Assembly: GCA_977020255.1 (NCBI GenBank)
Contig: CDROCS010002027.1
Location: 186,001-250,000, forward strand
Origin: Obrimoposthia wandeli
Lineage: Eukaryota
Direction of reading: 5' to 3'
DNA: 64,000 nucleotides
Shown here piece by piece: positions 1 through 11,174 of this stretch. The position numbers and the translations under genes were made by a program. Positions within the stretch are counted from its first letter, which is position 1, and the number at the start of each line of letters is the position of its first letter. The notes below the pieces were generated by a model. The model ran no database searches and was not told where the DNA came from. It saw nothing but the letters and a program-made list of their open reading frames with translations.

Positions 1-138
1 ATTACAGTTGCTAATAGCTTAAGCATTCCAAGCTATGCTGAAAGAATTGAACACTCAGAACAAATTGAGCAATTACGAAAGCTGGGAATCGTTGCCACTC
101 AAGGCTTTATACATGGCAAGCCGAACAACTTAGTGTAA
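1..138 (+). CDS. C-terminus of an EAL-domain protein (partial, runs in from the window edge)
   Basis: Frame +1 reads ITVANSLSIPSYAERIEHSEQIEQLRKLGIVATQGFIHGKPNNLV*, matching the EAL C-terminal AEGVE...L..LG...QG(F/Y)..GKP pattern. Confidence 0.75.
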   Translation: MTVANSLSIPSYAERIEHSEQIEQLRKLGIVATQGFIHGKPNNLV

Positions 139-421
139 CTTTGCTATAGCAAGATTACTTCGCTAATTAAAAATTAACCATTATTGCATGTCGCATTTGG
201 ATTAACTAAATGCTGCCATGCAATAATGACTAGCTTATATTACCAAGTAATTAATTTTGTTTCTTAATCAGTATGAATTGAAAGAAGTCTACATATAGAA
301 AAACTCATAAACTATCAAGTAGCAACATGCTCACACTGACAGCAAGCACAGTACAAACAAAACAATTTCAGCTATTTCATTACAAGACTTAAAAGAACTA
401 AGTGAACACATTTATTTAACT

Positions 422-574
422 CATTAGTGTCCGGTTTAATTTTTGTTGTTCTCTAACTCATTGATTTTACGTTAACGGCAAAAACACTTTAGCTAAAAAA
501 TACCTATTTATCCATGATAGAAAACCACAAATCAATGTGTTAGAGGGCTTACATTTTTTAACCGGACAGCAATG
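422..574. mobile_element. MITE family B, copy 1 (153 bp, ~17-bp TIR, 9-bp TSD TATTTAACT)
   Basis: Ends CATTAGTGTCCGGTTTAA and TTAACCGGACAGCAATG are inverted. TATTTAACT occurs at 413-421 and 575-583. Inverted homolog at 31460-31613. Confidence 0.85.
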
Positions 575-818
575 TATTTAACTAAAAGATTAGGCTCTTT
601 TAAGTAGAATACAGCTTCAAGGAATCTGAAAATAACATATCAGATATAGCGCGACAATAAACATCAGCATAGTAAGCATTGGATGATTACTACACTCATT
701 TATTTTAGAGCAAACACGAAGAAAACGGGAAATTACTAGCTTTTACTGCGAGATATAAGTTGATTGTGAAATTAGGCTAATCACTTCTAATCAGCCCAAT
801 TGTATCAATCTTTTATCA

Positions 819-1289
819 TTAACCTTTTTTGGCTAACAATAACTCCAGCTTACCACTAATGCGCTGCTCATCTTCATGAACTTTCTTTTCTTGTTCTTGA
901 CGGCGCTGGTTATCTCTACGACGCTGATGAAACTCTTTAAGTTGAGTTTTCGCATATTCAGCTTCACTATCAGTAACCTTGCCAGACGCTTCACCGGTCA
1001 AATCAATCCGTGCACTCTCAAGCTTCATAGCGCGAAAGTAATTAGGTGCTCTTACATAAGAGGCTAACGCTCGTTTAATCTTATTTTTCGCAACTTTTTC
1101 ATCAGCGATCAAATCATCTTGAATGCCAATTTTTAAAGGGCGGATATTCGTACGGCTAAAGGTACTAGGATAAGTTTCAATTAATATAGCTAGGGCTGCT
1201 TGGTTACCTGCTCTATTCTTCGCTTTATTCTTACTTGTAGTCATTTTTTCTGACTCAGTATTCACTACTTCATTCACTTCTTGGATCAC
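819..1289 (-). CDS. proQ: ProQ/FinO-domain RNA chaperone (short form; alternative ATG at 1244)
   Basis: YPSTF...RPLKIGIQDDL...KRALASYV...Y......G..RIDLTG FinO-domain motifs. Confidence 0.85.
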   Translation of the reverse strand: MIQEVNEVVNTESEKMTTSKNKAKNRAGNQAALAILIETYPSTFSRTNIRPLKIGIQDDLIADEKVAKNKIKRALASYVRAPNYFRAMKLESARIDLTGEASGKVTDSEAEYAKTQLKEFHQRRRDNQRRQEQEKKVHEDEQRISGKLELLLAKKG

Positions 1290-1466
1290 AGCACTACTCT
1301 CGATAGTTACTTAATTTGTACTTAAATATGCATACATAATTAAGCGACTTAAACTGGTATTTTGAATTAGTTTACTATTTGTTACGGGCGGTAGAATAAC
1401 ACCAATAACCAAACTACAATATTAAAATTGGGTTAAAATTGTATTTGATGCGGCTTTAGTACTCAT

Positions 1467-1733
1467 TTACTTATCACCTCCTCCTATACGGATATAATAT
1501 TGGTATATATTTTGTTGCTCTGTATGACTAATCAGCTCATGATCTAAAAACGTACAAAACTTTGGTATATCTCTAACAGTAGAAGGATCTGTTGCTTGTA
1601 CCAGTAAAATTTCACCAATTTGCATGTCTCGTATTTTACTATGCAACATCATTACAGGCTCTGGGCAATATAGGCCTTGCGTATCTAAAACACTATCTAC
1701 CTTTAAATCGAGCATAAATAAACCATAAATCAA
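1467..1733 (-). CDS. tusA: Sulfur carrier TusA/SirA (likely start 1715)
   Basis: [16 protein letters not shown] and [12 protein letters not shown] motifs. Confidence 0.92.
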   Translation of the reverse strand: MIYGLFMLDLKVDSVLDTQGLYCPEPVMMLHSKIRDMQIGEILLVQATDPSTVRDIPKFCTFLDHELISHTEQQNIYQYYIRIGGGDK

Positions 1734-1890
1734 TTATATAGAAACTTCATCAACATTTTCGTAGTACAAAAAACGCCAGATAAGCCACAAGCGCGGCTAT
1801 TGTCGCAAATTTTTTTATGAAGAGAAAGCTAATCTATAAATATCCTACTGACCTGTAGTTTATTATCAGAAAAAATGCAGGTATCGAGAA

Positions 1891-2544
1891 TCAAACTTTA
1901 ACGATATGCTCAATTTTATTTAAAATACTATTCAAATGCTGCTGCTGAGAAAATCCTGAGCGCACTCTTGGCTTAAGGTCATGATCGCCATCTGCTAGCC
2001 ATTCAACGAAGACATTATCACTTAATGTATAAGCTTCAACTTCGTCAACACTTCCGAGCTTATCTCTTTCACCTTGATATATATGTATTTTGGCATCTAT
2101 ATCTTGCAAATGCTCTACTCTTAATCGTTCTGGTTTGTTGATGGGATGAAATGGGTACCCATAAACAAAAACACCTGCGAGCGGCTCAGTGCAAGCTATC
2201 ATTGTCGCTATCCTACCCCCTAATGATTTACCAGCTAGATATACTGGCACCTTCTTAGAACCTTCCTGCGCTTTTATATTATTTCTTACTTCTGATAAAA
2301 CTTCTTTAAATCTGGCGGTTAAAACAGGCACTTTATCTGGTAATAACTTCTTCCCCGTTGCGCGTCTTTTTGCCATATAGGGAAACTCAAACCTGATCAC
2401 CTGTAACCCTATACTACTGAGCTGTCCACTCAGTTGTTGCATAAATGGATGATCCATTGGCATGCCCGCTCCATGAGCCAAAATAACAACCCCTGAACAG
2501 GCACTACCTTCAACTAATAGCTCCACAATCAAACCCTTTAACAA
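1891..2544 (-). CDS. Alpha/beta hydrolase (KANL3/Tex30-like)
   Basis: AHGAG, GKSLGG nucleophile elbow, QGERD and DGDH. Lies upstream of ccoN, as in pseudomonads. Confidence 0.8.
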   Translation of the reverse strand: MLKGLIVELLVEGSACSGVVILAHGAGMPMDHPFMQQLSGQLSSIGLQVIRFEFPYMAKRRATGKKLLPDKVPVLTARFKEVLSEVRNNIKAQEGSKKVPVYLAGKSLGGRIATMIACTEPLAGVFVYGYPFHPINKPERLRVEHLQDIDAKIHIYQGERDKLGSVDEVEAYTLSDNVFVEWLADGDHDLKPRVRSGFSQQQHLNSILNKIEHIVKV

Positions 2545-3103
2545 TTTAATAGTCTTACTCGATCAATAACATAAAACAAAAAAGCGACTACTGTCTCATA
2601 AACTTCATTGATGTACTAATATTGCATGGTTAAGATTGATATAAACACCCTAGATTTAGCAATAGTTTTGCGCAAAATGTCTGAAATATTTAATCCGACC
2701 ATAAATCTACTTCCATGATGAATAAAATTCGTTAGATATACTCAAACACAGTAGAATTTACTTGTGTGACACTAAGTAAACTAGTAACTCTCCTCCCATT
2801 CATCAAGCTACTGATTGCGTTTTTAATCTTTACCAAATATTTTACAAATATTTGACCTCGTTAAACACTGATAGCTTTTGACCAACTAATTGCAATACAC
2901 TACAGCACACTCTCAAAAACAATGTCACACTTTGGCAGCTGAATACCCCGCAGAAAGCTAGAAACAAATGATATAAGACAGCTTTTTTTCAAAAAAAAAC
3001 ATTTTTATTGAATAGTTACTAAAATGCCATTGAAATAATAGGGTTATTCCAAGATAATTAGCTTAATAATAATTTAATAACCGCTTATTGATGAGAAACT
3101 TAC

Positions 3104-4534
3104 ATGAGCATTGAAACTGCACGCACAACTTACGATTATAAAATAGTGCGCCAATTTTCAATTATGACAGTAGTCTGGGGAATCGTCGGCATGTCCGTCG
3201 GTCTTCTTATTGCTGCACAATTGGTTTGGCCACAATTAAATTTTGATACAGCCTGGCTAAGTTTTGGCCGTTTACGCCCGCTTCATACTAATGCTGTTAT
3301 TTTTGCATTTGGTGGCAGCGCGCTATTCGCTACTTCTTACTATGTGGTACAACGCACATGTCAAACTAGACTCTTTGGTGGATGGTTAGTTCCATTTACT
3401 TTTTGGGGTTGGCAGTTAGTCATTGTTCTAGCGGCTATTACACTTCCTTTAGGTCTAACTTCTACTAAAGAATATGCTGAACTTGAATGGCCAATTGATA
3501 TATTGATTGCTATTGTTTGGGTTTCTTACCTAATTGTCTTCGTAGGTACGGTACACCAGCGTAAAACCTCGCATATTTATGTAGGCAACTGGTTCTTTAT
3601 GGCCTTCATTATAGTCGTAACAGTATTGCATGTTGTAAATAGTGCAGCTGTACCGATTTCGATGTGGAAATCATACTCTGTGTACCCGGGCGCTATTGAT
3701 GCGATGGTACAGTGGTGGTATGGGCACAACGCTGTGGGCTTTTTCCTAACCGCTGGCTTCTTAGGGATGATGTATTACTTCGTACCTAAGCAATCAGGGC
3801 GTCCTATTTATTCTTATCGTCTTTCAATTGTGCATTTTTGGGCACTAATAGCTACTTACATGTGGGCAGGTGGTCATCACTTACATTACACAGCACTTCC
3901 TGATTGGACTCAATCCGTAGCAATGGTTATGTCATTAATTCTATTAGCTCCATCTTGGGGTGGCATGATTAACGGTATGATGACTTTATCAGGTGCTTGG
4001 CACAAGTTACGTACTGATCCTATTTTAAGGTTCTTAGTTGTATCTCTTTCTTTCTATGGTATGTCTACCTTCGAAGGACCGATGATGGCGATTAAAACTG
4101 TTAACGCCCTTTCGCACTTTACGGATTGGACCGTTGGTCACGTACACGCAGGAGCTTTAGGCTGGGTGGCGATGATCTCTATAGGTGCAACGTATCACAT
4201 GGTGCCAAAAGTGTTTGGCAAAGAGGCTATGTTCAGTACCAAATTGATCAATATCCACTTTTGGTTAGCGACAGCCGGTACAGTACTTTATATCTGCGCA
4301 ATGTGGGTAAACGGAATTTTACAAGGCCTTATGTGGCGCGCAGTTAATGCAGACGGTACTTTAACATATAGCTTTGTTGAAGCACTTGAAGCGAGTCATC
4401 CAGGTTATTTTGTTCGTTGGTTAGGTGGCGTATTATGGGTTATTGGCATGTTAGTTATGGCTTATAACACTTGGCGCACTGTCCGCAGTACTAAAAATGC
4501 TGCTATTGACAACACCATCCCTCAAGCTGCTTAA
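3104..4534 (+). CDS. ccoN: cbb3-type cytochrome c oxidase subunit I
   Basis: [38 protein letters not shown]. Confidence 0.98.
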   Translation: MSIETARTTYDYKIVRQFSIMTVVWGIVGMSVGLLIAAQLVWPQLNFDTAWLSFGRLRPLHTNAVIFAFGGSALFATSYYVVQRTCQTRLFGGWLVPFTFWGWQLVIVLAAITLPLGLTSTKEYAELEWPIDILIAIVWVSYLIVFVGTVHQRKTSHIYVGNWFFMAFIIVVTVLHVVNSAAVPISMWKSYSVYPGAIDAMVQWWYGHNAVGFFLTAGFLGMMYYFVPKQSGRPIYSYRLSIVHFWALIATYMWAGGHHLHYTALPDWTQSVAMVMSLILLAPSWGGMINGMMTLSGAWHKLRTDPILRFLVVSLSFYGMSTFEGPMMAIKTVNALSHFTDWTVGHVHAGALGWVAMISIGATYHMVPKVFGKEAMFSTKLINIHFWLATAGTVLYICAMWVNGILQGLMWRAVNADGTLTYSFVEALEASHPGYFVRWLGGVLWVIGMLVMAYNTWRTVRSTKNAAIDNTIPQAA

Positions 4535-4546
4535 GGAGCCAACACA

Positions 4547-5167
4547 ATGTTAAAACACGAAACGATTGAAAAACATGTTGGAATAATGGCACTACTAATA
4601 ATTTTGGTTATTAGTGGTGGAGGGTTAGCAGAAATTGTTCCACTCTTCTTCCAAGTTTCAACGACTAAGCCTATCGAAGGGCTTAAGCCTTACACTCCAT
4701 TAGAAATGGAAGGTAGAGATATTTATATCCGTGAAGGCTGTCATGTATGTCACTCACAGATGATTCGCCCTTTCAGAGCTGAAACAGAACGTTACGGACA
4801 GTTCTCTACTGCTAACGAATTTGTATGGGAGCACCCTTTCCTTTGGGGTTCAAAACGTACTGGTCCTGATTTGGCACGTGTTGGTGCGCGCTACTCAGAT
4901 GACTGGCATCGTGCTCACTTATACAACCCTCGTGATGTTGTACCTGAGTCAAAAATGCCGAGTTACCCATGGTTGTTTAAAAACAAGCTAACAGGTGAAG
5001 ATACGAAGGCTAAATTAGAGTTATTTACCAAGTTTGGCGTACCTTACACGGCTGAAGATATTGAAACAGCGCAAGATCAAGTGGCAGGTAAATATGAGAT
5101 TGAAGCAGTTATCGCTTACTTACAATCTCTAGGTAAAAAACATTCAGTTTATAGCAATAAACGGTAA
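4547..5167 (+). CDS. ccoO: cbb3 oxidase subunit II (monoheme)
   Basis: [31 protein letters not shown]. Confidence 0.98.
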   Translation: MLKHETIEKHVGIMALLIILVISGGGLAEIVPLFFQVSTTKPIEGLKPYTPLEMEGRDIYIREGCHVCHSQMIRPFRAETERYGQFSTANEFVWEHPFLWGSKRTGPDLARVGARYSDDWHRAHLYNPRDVVPESKMPSYPWLFKNKLTGEDTKAKLELFTKFGVPYTAEDIETAQDQVAGKYEIEAVIAYLQSLGKKHSVYSNKR

Positions 5168-5173
5168 TTAATT

Positions 5174-5371
5174 GTGAGTTACGAAGTTTACGGTCCTTAT
5201 ATACCCGTTGTAATGTTAATAACATTCTTAGCGCTTTTTGTCTGGGTATTATTGCCTGGTAATAAAAAAGGGTTTGATAGTGCTGCCAATTTACCTTTTG
5301 AAGAAAAGGAATTTGATGAAGCATCCAACGAAGATAAGTCCATGAACAATGAAAGGAGAGAAACACCATGA
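5174..5371 (+). CDS. ccoQ: cbb3 oxidase subunit IV
   Basis: Small single-TM ORF with FDSAANLPF between ccoO and ccoP. Confidence 0.88.
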   Translation: MSYEVYGPYIPVVMLITFLALFVWVLLPGNKKGFDSAANLPFEEKEFDEASNEDKSMNNERRETP

Positions 5372-6270
5372 GCCCTTTTTGGAGTGCTTGGATATCCATC
5401 ATTACTTTAGCCGTCATATTCGGCTGTACAGCTTTACTATATTCAGTTCGTAAAGGCGAAAAGTTCAAAGACGCTACTGAAGAAACCACAGGTCATGAAT
5501 TTGATGGCATTGGTGAATTAGATAACCCATTACCTAGCTGGTGGTTACAGTTGTTTATGGGGACTATCATCTTTTCACTTGGCTATTTAGTAGCTTACCC
5601 AGGTTTGGGTAACTTTAAAGGAGTTTTAGGCTGGACATCCACAGGCCAATGGGAAGAAGAAGTGCAATATGCAAATGATACATACGCACCTGTATTTGCT
5701 AAGTACGCGGCACTTCCTGCAGAAGAACTTTTAAAAGAAGAAAACCGAGCTGGTTTGTTAATGGGTCAGCGCATGTTCGCTAACAACTGTACTGTTTGTC
5801 ATGGCACCGCTGCGACAGGCGCTTACGGCTTTCCAAACTTAACCGACAAGGATTGGTTATATGGCGGCAGCATTGACTCCATTAAAGCTACCATTACTAA
5901 CGGTAGAATTGGATCTATGCCAGCTTGGGGATCTGTTCTAGGCGAATCAGGCGTCAGAGACATGACCAGCTACGTATTAAGCTTATCTGGAGCTGAAAAC
6001 ATTGATGCTGAAGCGGCTGCTAGAGCAAAGCCTAAATTCCAAGCACTTTGTATCGCTTGTCATGGAGCAGAGGGTAAAGGCACTCTGGCTTTAGGGGCAC
6101 CTAACCTAACAGATAACACATCGTTATATGGTGGATCATACGAAAAAGTAGCCCACACTATTCGTACTGGTCGTAGCGGTGTTATGCCTTCGCACAAAGA
6201 TTTATTAAGTGAAGATAAAATCAACTTAATATCGGGGTACGTTTACAGCTTATCTAACAAAGATGACTAA
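5368..6270 (+). CDS. ccoP: cbb3 oxidase subunit III (diheme)
   Basis: TGHEFDGIGELDNPLPSWW and two CxxCH motifs (CTVCH, CIACH). Confidence 0.97.
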   Translation: MSPFWSAWISIITLAVIFGCTALLYSVRKGEKFKDATEETTGHEFDGIGELDNPLPSWWLQLFMGTIIFSLGYLVAYPGLGNFKGVLGWTSTGQWEEEVQYANDTYAPVFAKYAALPAEELLKEENRAGLLMGQRMFANNCTVCHGTAATGAYGFPNLTDKDWLYGGSIDSIKATITNGRIGSMPAWGSVLGESGVRDMTSYVLSLSGAENIDAEAAARAKPKFQALCIACHGAEGKGTLALGAPNLTDNTSLYGGSYEKVAHTIRTGRSGVMPSHKDLLSEDKINLISGYVYSLSNKDD

Positions 6271-6285
6271 TTAACGGCCCATAAT

Positions 6286-6322
6286 AAAAAAGCGTTATAG
6301 CATTGTTATAGCGCTTTTTTTT
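6286..6322 (+). terminator. Intrinsic terminator after ccoP
   Basis: AAAAAAGCGTTATAG-cattg-TTATAGCGCTTTTTTTT stem plus U-run. Confidence 0.65.
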
Positions 6323-6447
6323 GCTTTATGCCTGACGCAACCAAAAGCAACATCCTTCTAGTGGTATAATTACCATCAGAAAAAGAGCAATCCCATATTA
6401 TAATAATTTTAAAGTACAGCAACTGACAGACCAGATTTAGCCAAACA

Positions 6448-7872
6448 GTGAGCAACCGCATGAAGAAAATTCCAGTTAGCGATATCACTCCAAAAACTAA
6501 GAAAGAAGTCATCTCTTATGACTTATATGCTAAACGTGAATACATTCACGTTAAATTCTACAAAGGCTTCTTTAAAAATTTACGGATAATATCAGGCTCT
6601 TTGATGCTGATAATGTTTTACGGTTTTCCTTGGATACAGTGGGGAGACCGCCAAGCTATATTATTCGATTTACCCAATCGGCAATTCCATGTGTTTAACG
6701 CCACCTTTTGGCCACAAGACTTTATGCTACTTTCAGGGCTACTGATCATTTTAGCTTTTATTTTATTTGTAGTAACTGTATTTGCAGGTAGATTATGGTG
6801 TGGATACGCCTGCCCTCAATTTGTGTGGACTTGGCTATTTATTTGGGCTGAGCGCATTACGGAAGGTGATCGTAACCAACGCATTAAACAAGATAAAAAA
6901 CCTCTCACTAAAAACTTGTTTATTCGCAAGACAGTTAAACACGCGATTTGGCTAGTTATTGCGATCACTTCTGCTATAGCATTTATCGGCTATTTCACGC
7001 CTATTAGAGAACTTACGCCAAGCTTTTTTAATTTTACGCTAGGTCCATGGGAGTTTTGGTGGATTGGTTTTATCGCCGTTGCGACCTATGGTAATGCTGG
7101 TTGGATGCGCGAGCAAGTTTGTATTTACATGTGTCCATATGCGCGCTTTCAAAGCGTTATGTTTGATGAAGATACACTAGTTATATCCTACGATGAGAAA
7201 CGTGGCGAGAATCGCGGCAAGCGAAGTAAAAAAATTGATTACAAAGCTGAGGGGTTAGGTGATTGTATTGACTGCAATCACTGCGTTAATGTTTGCCCTA
7301 CTGGCATTGATATTCGAGATGGGTTACAAATAGAATGTGTCGCTTGTGGTGCTTGCGTTGATGCTTGTGACGATATCATGGGTAGAGTGGGCTACGAAAA
7401 AGGATTAATTAAATACACCACTGAAACAGCACTTGAAGGTGGGAAAACGCACATTTTACGACCTAAACTCATTGCATATATCATCGTGGTTATCGCTATG
7501 ATGGGCTACTTTACCTATGTGATTTTTGAGCGTATCCCCATTGAAGTTGATGTACACAGAGACCGTGGGCAACTCTTTAATGAAATATCTGAAAATGTTA
7601 TTGAGAACGTTTATACCTTAAAAGTTGCCAACAAAAGTAATCGCGATTTAAAATACACTATTTCAGTGAAAGGTATTGTTGGTGTTGAACTTATAACCAA
7701 TTCAATTATCTCAGTTGAGGCAGGAAAATTAATTGATTACCCGATTCAAATCAGAGCTAATTTGGATGAGCTTGAGCAACGAAAAACTGACATACTAATC
7801 AAAATACAAGCAATATCTGATCCACAAATCAGCTCTGAAATTGAAAGCCGATTTATTGCTCCCACGCTCTAA
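6448..7872 (+). CDS. ccoG: cbb3 accessory ferredoxin-like protein
   Basis: GRLWCGYACPQ, CIYMCPYARFQ, CIDCNHCVNVCP and CVACGACVDAC. Confidence 0.95.
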   Translation: MSNRMKKIPVSDITPKTKKEVISYDLYAKREYIHVKFYKGFFKNLRIISGSLMLIMFYGFPWIQWGDRQAILFDLPNRQFHVFNATFWPQDFMLLSGLLIILAFILFVVTVFAGRLWCGYACPQFVWTWLFIWAERITEGDRNQRIKQDKKPLTKNLFIRKTVKHAIWLVIAITSAIAFIGYFTPIRELTPSFFNFTLGPWEFWWIGFIAVATYGNAGWMREQVCIYMCPYARFQSVMFDEDTLVISYDEKRGENRGKRSKKIDYKAEGLGDCIDCNHCVNVCPTGIDIRDGLQIECVACGACVDACDDIMGRVGYEKGLIKYTTETALEGGKTHILRPKLIAYIIVVIAMMGYFTYVIFERIPIEVDVHRDRGQLFNEISENVIENVYTLKVANKSNRDLKYTISVKGIVGVELITNSIISVEAGKLIDYPIQIRANLDELEQRKTDILIKIQAISDPQISSEIESRFIAPTL

Positions 7873-8110
7873 ACAGAGCTAAGGAAACTTATAAATTAGC
7901 CTTTTTTTCATCATTAATTTACAATAACCGTCGTGGCATTTATGAAACACTAATTGATCATAATCGCCACGACTCAGAGGTATGACACTGTTAAATATAA
8001 GCGAGCTTATTAAAGACAATTATTTATAAGTACTGCAAAATTTAAAAATGTATAAGCGCCACTGAAGCGGCGTATACTATCTACTAATCTCACCTAAGTA
8101 AGTTAAATCA

Positions 8111-8635
8111 ATGAAAACAGAAGAAGAATACGCAGCTGACCCTTGGTACAAACAACCTTGGCTATTGCTAGCAATGATCCCACTAGTAGCAACCGTTATT
8201 GCCGGAAGCACCTTCCTGGTCGTCTCTATTATTTCCTCTGATGGAATCGTCAAAGATGATTACTATCGCATGGCTAGGGGCTATTACAAAGATCCGACTA
8301 CAGAGCAACTTGCTTTTGATAAACAAATATCGGCCAATATCGCTATCGACAATGTCACGGGGGATTTGTCGGTCAAATTGGCAGGCAACTTCTCTGAGTA
8401 TCCAGCACAATTAAAAATCGACTTTGTCTCCCCTACCCATCAAAAATACGATTTGACCATTAATTTAAAACAAGTTCCCAATCAGCCTTTCTATCTAGGA
8501 TCTCTGTCATCTCCATTAACAGGAAAACGTTATATCATGCTCACCCCTATTGATAAAAGCTGGCGCTTAGGCAGCACGATCGCCCCCCCTTACGATCAAT
8601 TAAAAGTGACACTTGCGGCAGAGAAGCCCCTGTAA
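8111..8635 (+). CDS. ccoH: FixH/CcoH family protein
   Basis: PWYKQPWLL...P, DDYY motifs and position in the ccoGHIS block. Confidence 0.85.
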   Translation: MKTEEEYAADPWYKQPWLLLAMIPLVATVIAGSTFLVVSIISSDGIVKDDYYRMARGYYKDPTTEQLAFDKQISANIAIDNVTGDLSVKLAGNFSEYPAQLKIDFVSPTHQKYDLTINLKQVPNQPFYLGSLSSPLTGKRYIMLTPIDKSWRLGSTIAPPYDQLKVTLAAEKPL

Positions 8636-8636
8636 T

Positions 8637-11165
8637 ATGAGCACTGATATCGCTGCTAATCTTTGTTATCACTGTTTGTTAGATATACCGCAGCACACTG
8701 ATTATCAAGTGACTATTGAAGGCATTGACAGAGCAATGTGCTGCCCAGGTTGTGCTGCTGTCGCACAAACGATTTTAAGCAGTGGTTTAGATAACTACTA
8801 TAAACATCGTGATATCAACGACCAAACAGCAACCACCCTATCGCGTGATAACAAACCTCTAATCCCTGAAGAATTAAGCTTATTTAACAGCGAGAAGGTC
8901 CAGCAAACTTTTGTAACAACTAACCAAGATGGAACAAAAGACGCAACACTTGTGATTGAAGGTATTACCTGTGCAGCCTGTATTTGGTTACTCGAACATC
9001 ACTTATTGAAGCTCAGCGGAGTGCTTCAATTTAGTGTCAATATGACTAATCATCGAGCTCAATTAAGCTGGAATGAAAATCAAATTTCTCTTAGTCATAT
9101 TCTTGCTAATATTAGCGAAATTGGTTATTTAGGCCACCCTTATCGCCCTGATTTAGAGGAGCAGTTATTAGCTAAGGAGCATAAAAAAGCAATGCGCCGC
9201 CTAGGTATTGCTGGCGTAGGTATGATGCAAGTTCTAACCCTTGCTGTCGCTTTATACTTTGGTGCGTCTAGTGGCATGGAAGATCAAACCAAAAATTGGT
9301 TGCGCTGGATTAGCTTTATTGTTTGCACACCAATTATATTATATGCAGCTATCCCCTTTTTCGTCGCTGCCATACGTGATATTAAAACTCGGCACTTAAG
9401 CATGGATGTACCGGTATCCATTGCTATTTGCGGTGCTTATATAGCGAGTACTTGGGCAACCGTTTTTCAAAATGGCGAAATTTACTTTGATTCAGTCTCG
9501 ATGTTTACATTCTTTTTGCTCTTTGGTCGCTATTTGGAAATGCAAGCAAGACATCGTACAGGTCGTGCTGGTAATGCTTTACAAAATTTATTGCCACAGG
9601 CGGCAACAAAGCTAACCACGGATGAACACGGAGCGATAGCCGAAAGCTTAATTCCAGCCGCGGATTTAGCAGTAGCAGATATTATATTAGTTAAGCCTGG
9701 TCAAGCTCTTCCCGCCGATGGAGTAATTGTCCAAGGACACTCCAGTATTGATGAGTCAGCTTTAACAGGCGAGTATATGCCTAAACGACGCAACCTAAAC
9801 GATAACGTTATTGGCGGCACGTTGAATGTTGAAAACCCGATACAGGTACGAGTCACCGAGATAGGCGCACAAACCCAACTTTCTGCTATTGTGCGCTTAT
9901 TAGAGCGCGCCAGTGAAGAAAAACCAAGTGTTGCGAAAATTGCCGATAAAGTCGCTACTTATTTTGTCAGTTTTGTTCTCGCTGCCGCTTTAATAGTCAG
10001 CTTAAGCTGGCTATATATAGATCCCGAACAAGCATTTTGGATTACTTTATCAGTGCTTGTTGTTACTTGTCCGTGCGCTTTATCACTGGCCACACCGACT
10101 GCTCTTACCACTGCCACAGGCACATTGCGCCAGCAAGGTTTGTTGATTACCCGGGGTCATGTTTTAGAGAGCTTAGCGGCAGCCACCGATTTTGTGTTTG
10201 ATAAAACAGGCACCTTAACCCAAGGTAACTTGTCGGTAGAACAAGTTCAAACATCACTCACACAACCACGCGCGCTAGCAATTGCAGCGGCGCTAGAAGA
10301 GCATAGTGAGCACCCTATCGCTAAGGCTTTTACACCTTTTTTATCCGCGAAAAACACTTTACAGGCAAAAGATATAGCAGTGACTTTAGGCCAAGGGATT
10401 GAAGGGCGTTTTGAAGGTGTTGTTTATCGTTTAGGTAAACCCAAATATGCCCAAAAACTCTTAATGCAACCCATTGATATATTTATGCCCAAAGAAGCGG
10501 GCCACTGGTTATTACTGTGTGATGAGCAGCAGGTTGTCGCTTGGTTTTTAATTTCCGATACACTACGTGAAGATAGTCTATTTTGCATCAATGCTCTAAA
10601 GCAAAATAATATTACAGTGCATATGTTAACCGGAGATAGCGCTAGCAACGTACCAGAAATAGCGCAACAGTTGGGCATAGAAAACGTCTGCCAATCAGCC
10701 AGCCCAGAAGATAAAGTTAAATACATTCAAGCCCTTCAACAAGATACCAATAAAAAAGTCGTGATGGTAGGAGATGGCATTAACGATTTACCCGTTTTAG
10801 CTGGCGCGCAAACATCTATCGCGATGGGCAGCGCCTCTGATTTAGCTAAAACACATGCTGATGCCGTTTTAACAAGCGGTAAACTAAGCGTAATAACACA
10901 AGGATTGGCATTGGCTAAAAAAACCAAAGTGATTATAAAACAAAATATCGGCTGGGCCGTTTGTTACAACTTTATGGCGCTGCCTTTAGCTGCCTTTGGT
11001 TTAATCCCACCTTATGCCGCTGCTATTGGAATGTCTTTAAGCTCTCTAATTGTCGTTACTAATGCATTGCGTCTAGCTAAGCAAAAGCCACTGGTTGTTT
11101 ATCAACCAACAAATAAAGCCGCCACACCCTCATCTGCCAATAAATACCTGCACGAAAGTGCTTAG
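8637..11165 (+). CDS. ccoI: Copper-translocating P1B-type ATPase (FixI); ATG at 8637 preferred over the TTG at 8613
   Basis: CYHC...CCPGC N-terminus, CAAC, TGE, CPCAL, DKTGTLT, GDGIND. Confidence 0.95.
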   Translation: MSTDIAANLCYHCLLDIPQHTDYQVTIEGIDRAMCCPGCAAVAQTILSSGLDNYYKHRDINDQTATTLSRDNKPLIPEELSLFNSEKVQQTFVTTNQDGTKDATLVIEGITCAACIWLLEHHLLKLSGVLQFSVNMTNHRAQLSWNENQISLSHILANISEIGYLGHPYRPDLEEQLLAKEHKKAMRRLGIAGVGMMQVLTLAVALYFGASSGMEDQTKNWLRWISFIVCTPIILYAAIPFFVAAIRDIKTRHLSMDVPVSIAICGAYIASTWATVFQNGEIYFDSVSMFTFFLLFGRYLEMQARHRTGRAGNALQNLLPQAATKLTTDEHGAIAESLIPAADLAVADIILVKPGQALPADGVIVQGHSSIDESALTGEYMPKRRNLNDNVIGGTLNVENPIQVRVTEIGAQTQLSAIVRLLERASEEKPSVAKIADKVATYFVSFVLAAALIVSLSWLYIDPEQAFWITLSVLVVTCPCALSLATPTALTTATGTLRQQGLLITRGHVLESLAAATDFVFDKTGTLTQGNLSVEQVQTSLTQPRALAIAAALEEHSEHPIAKAFTPFLSAKNTLQAKDIAVTLGQGIEGRFEGVVYRLGKPKYAQKLLMQPIDIFMPKEAGHWLLLCDEQQVVAWFLISDTLREDSLFCINALKQNNITVHMLTGDSASNVPEIAQQLGIENVCQSASPEDKVKYIQALQQDTNKKVVMVGDGINDLPVLAGAQTSIAMGSASDLAKTHADAVLTSGKLSVITQGLALAKKTKVIIKQNIGWAVCYNFMALPLAAFGLIPPYAAAIGMSLSSLIVVTNALRLAKQKPLVVYQPTNKAATPSSANKYLHESA

Positions 11166-11174
11166 GAAGCTTTA

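Noticed and set aside
1793-1806. GCGGC-N4-GTCGC RegA/RoxR-like box upstream of tusA
   Set aside because: Short degenerate motif with a single occurrence; not enough support.
2983-2999. T7-C-A9 homopolymers upstream of ccoN as a phase-variation switch
   Set aside because: Runs of this length are common in AT-rich intergenic DNA, and the promoter position is unknown.
7954-7967. TTGATCATAATCGC as an FNR box for ccoH
   Set aside because: Only 8/10 match, and it is part of one arm of a larger hairpin (7931-7972).
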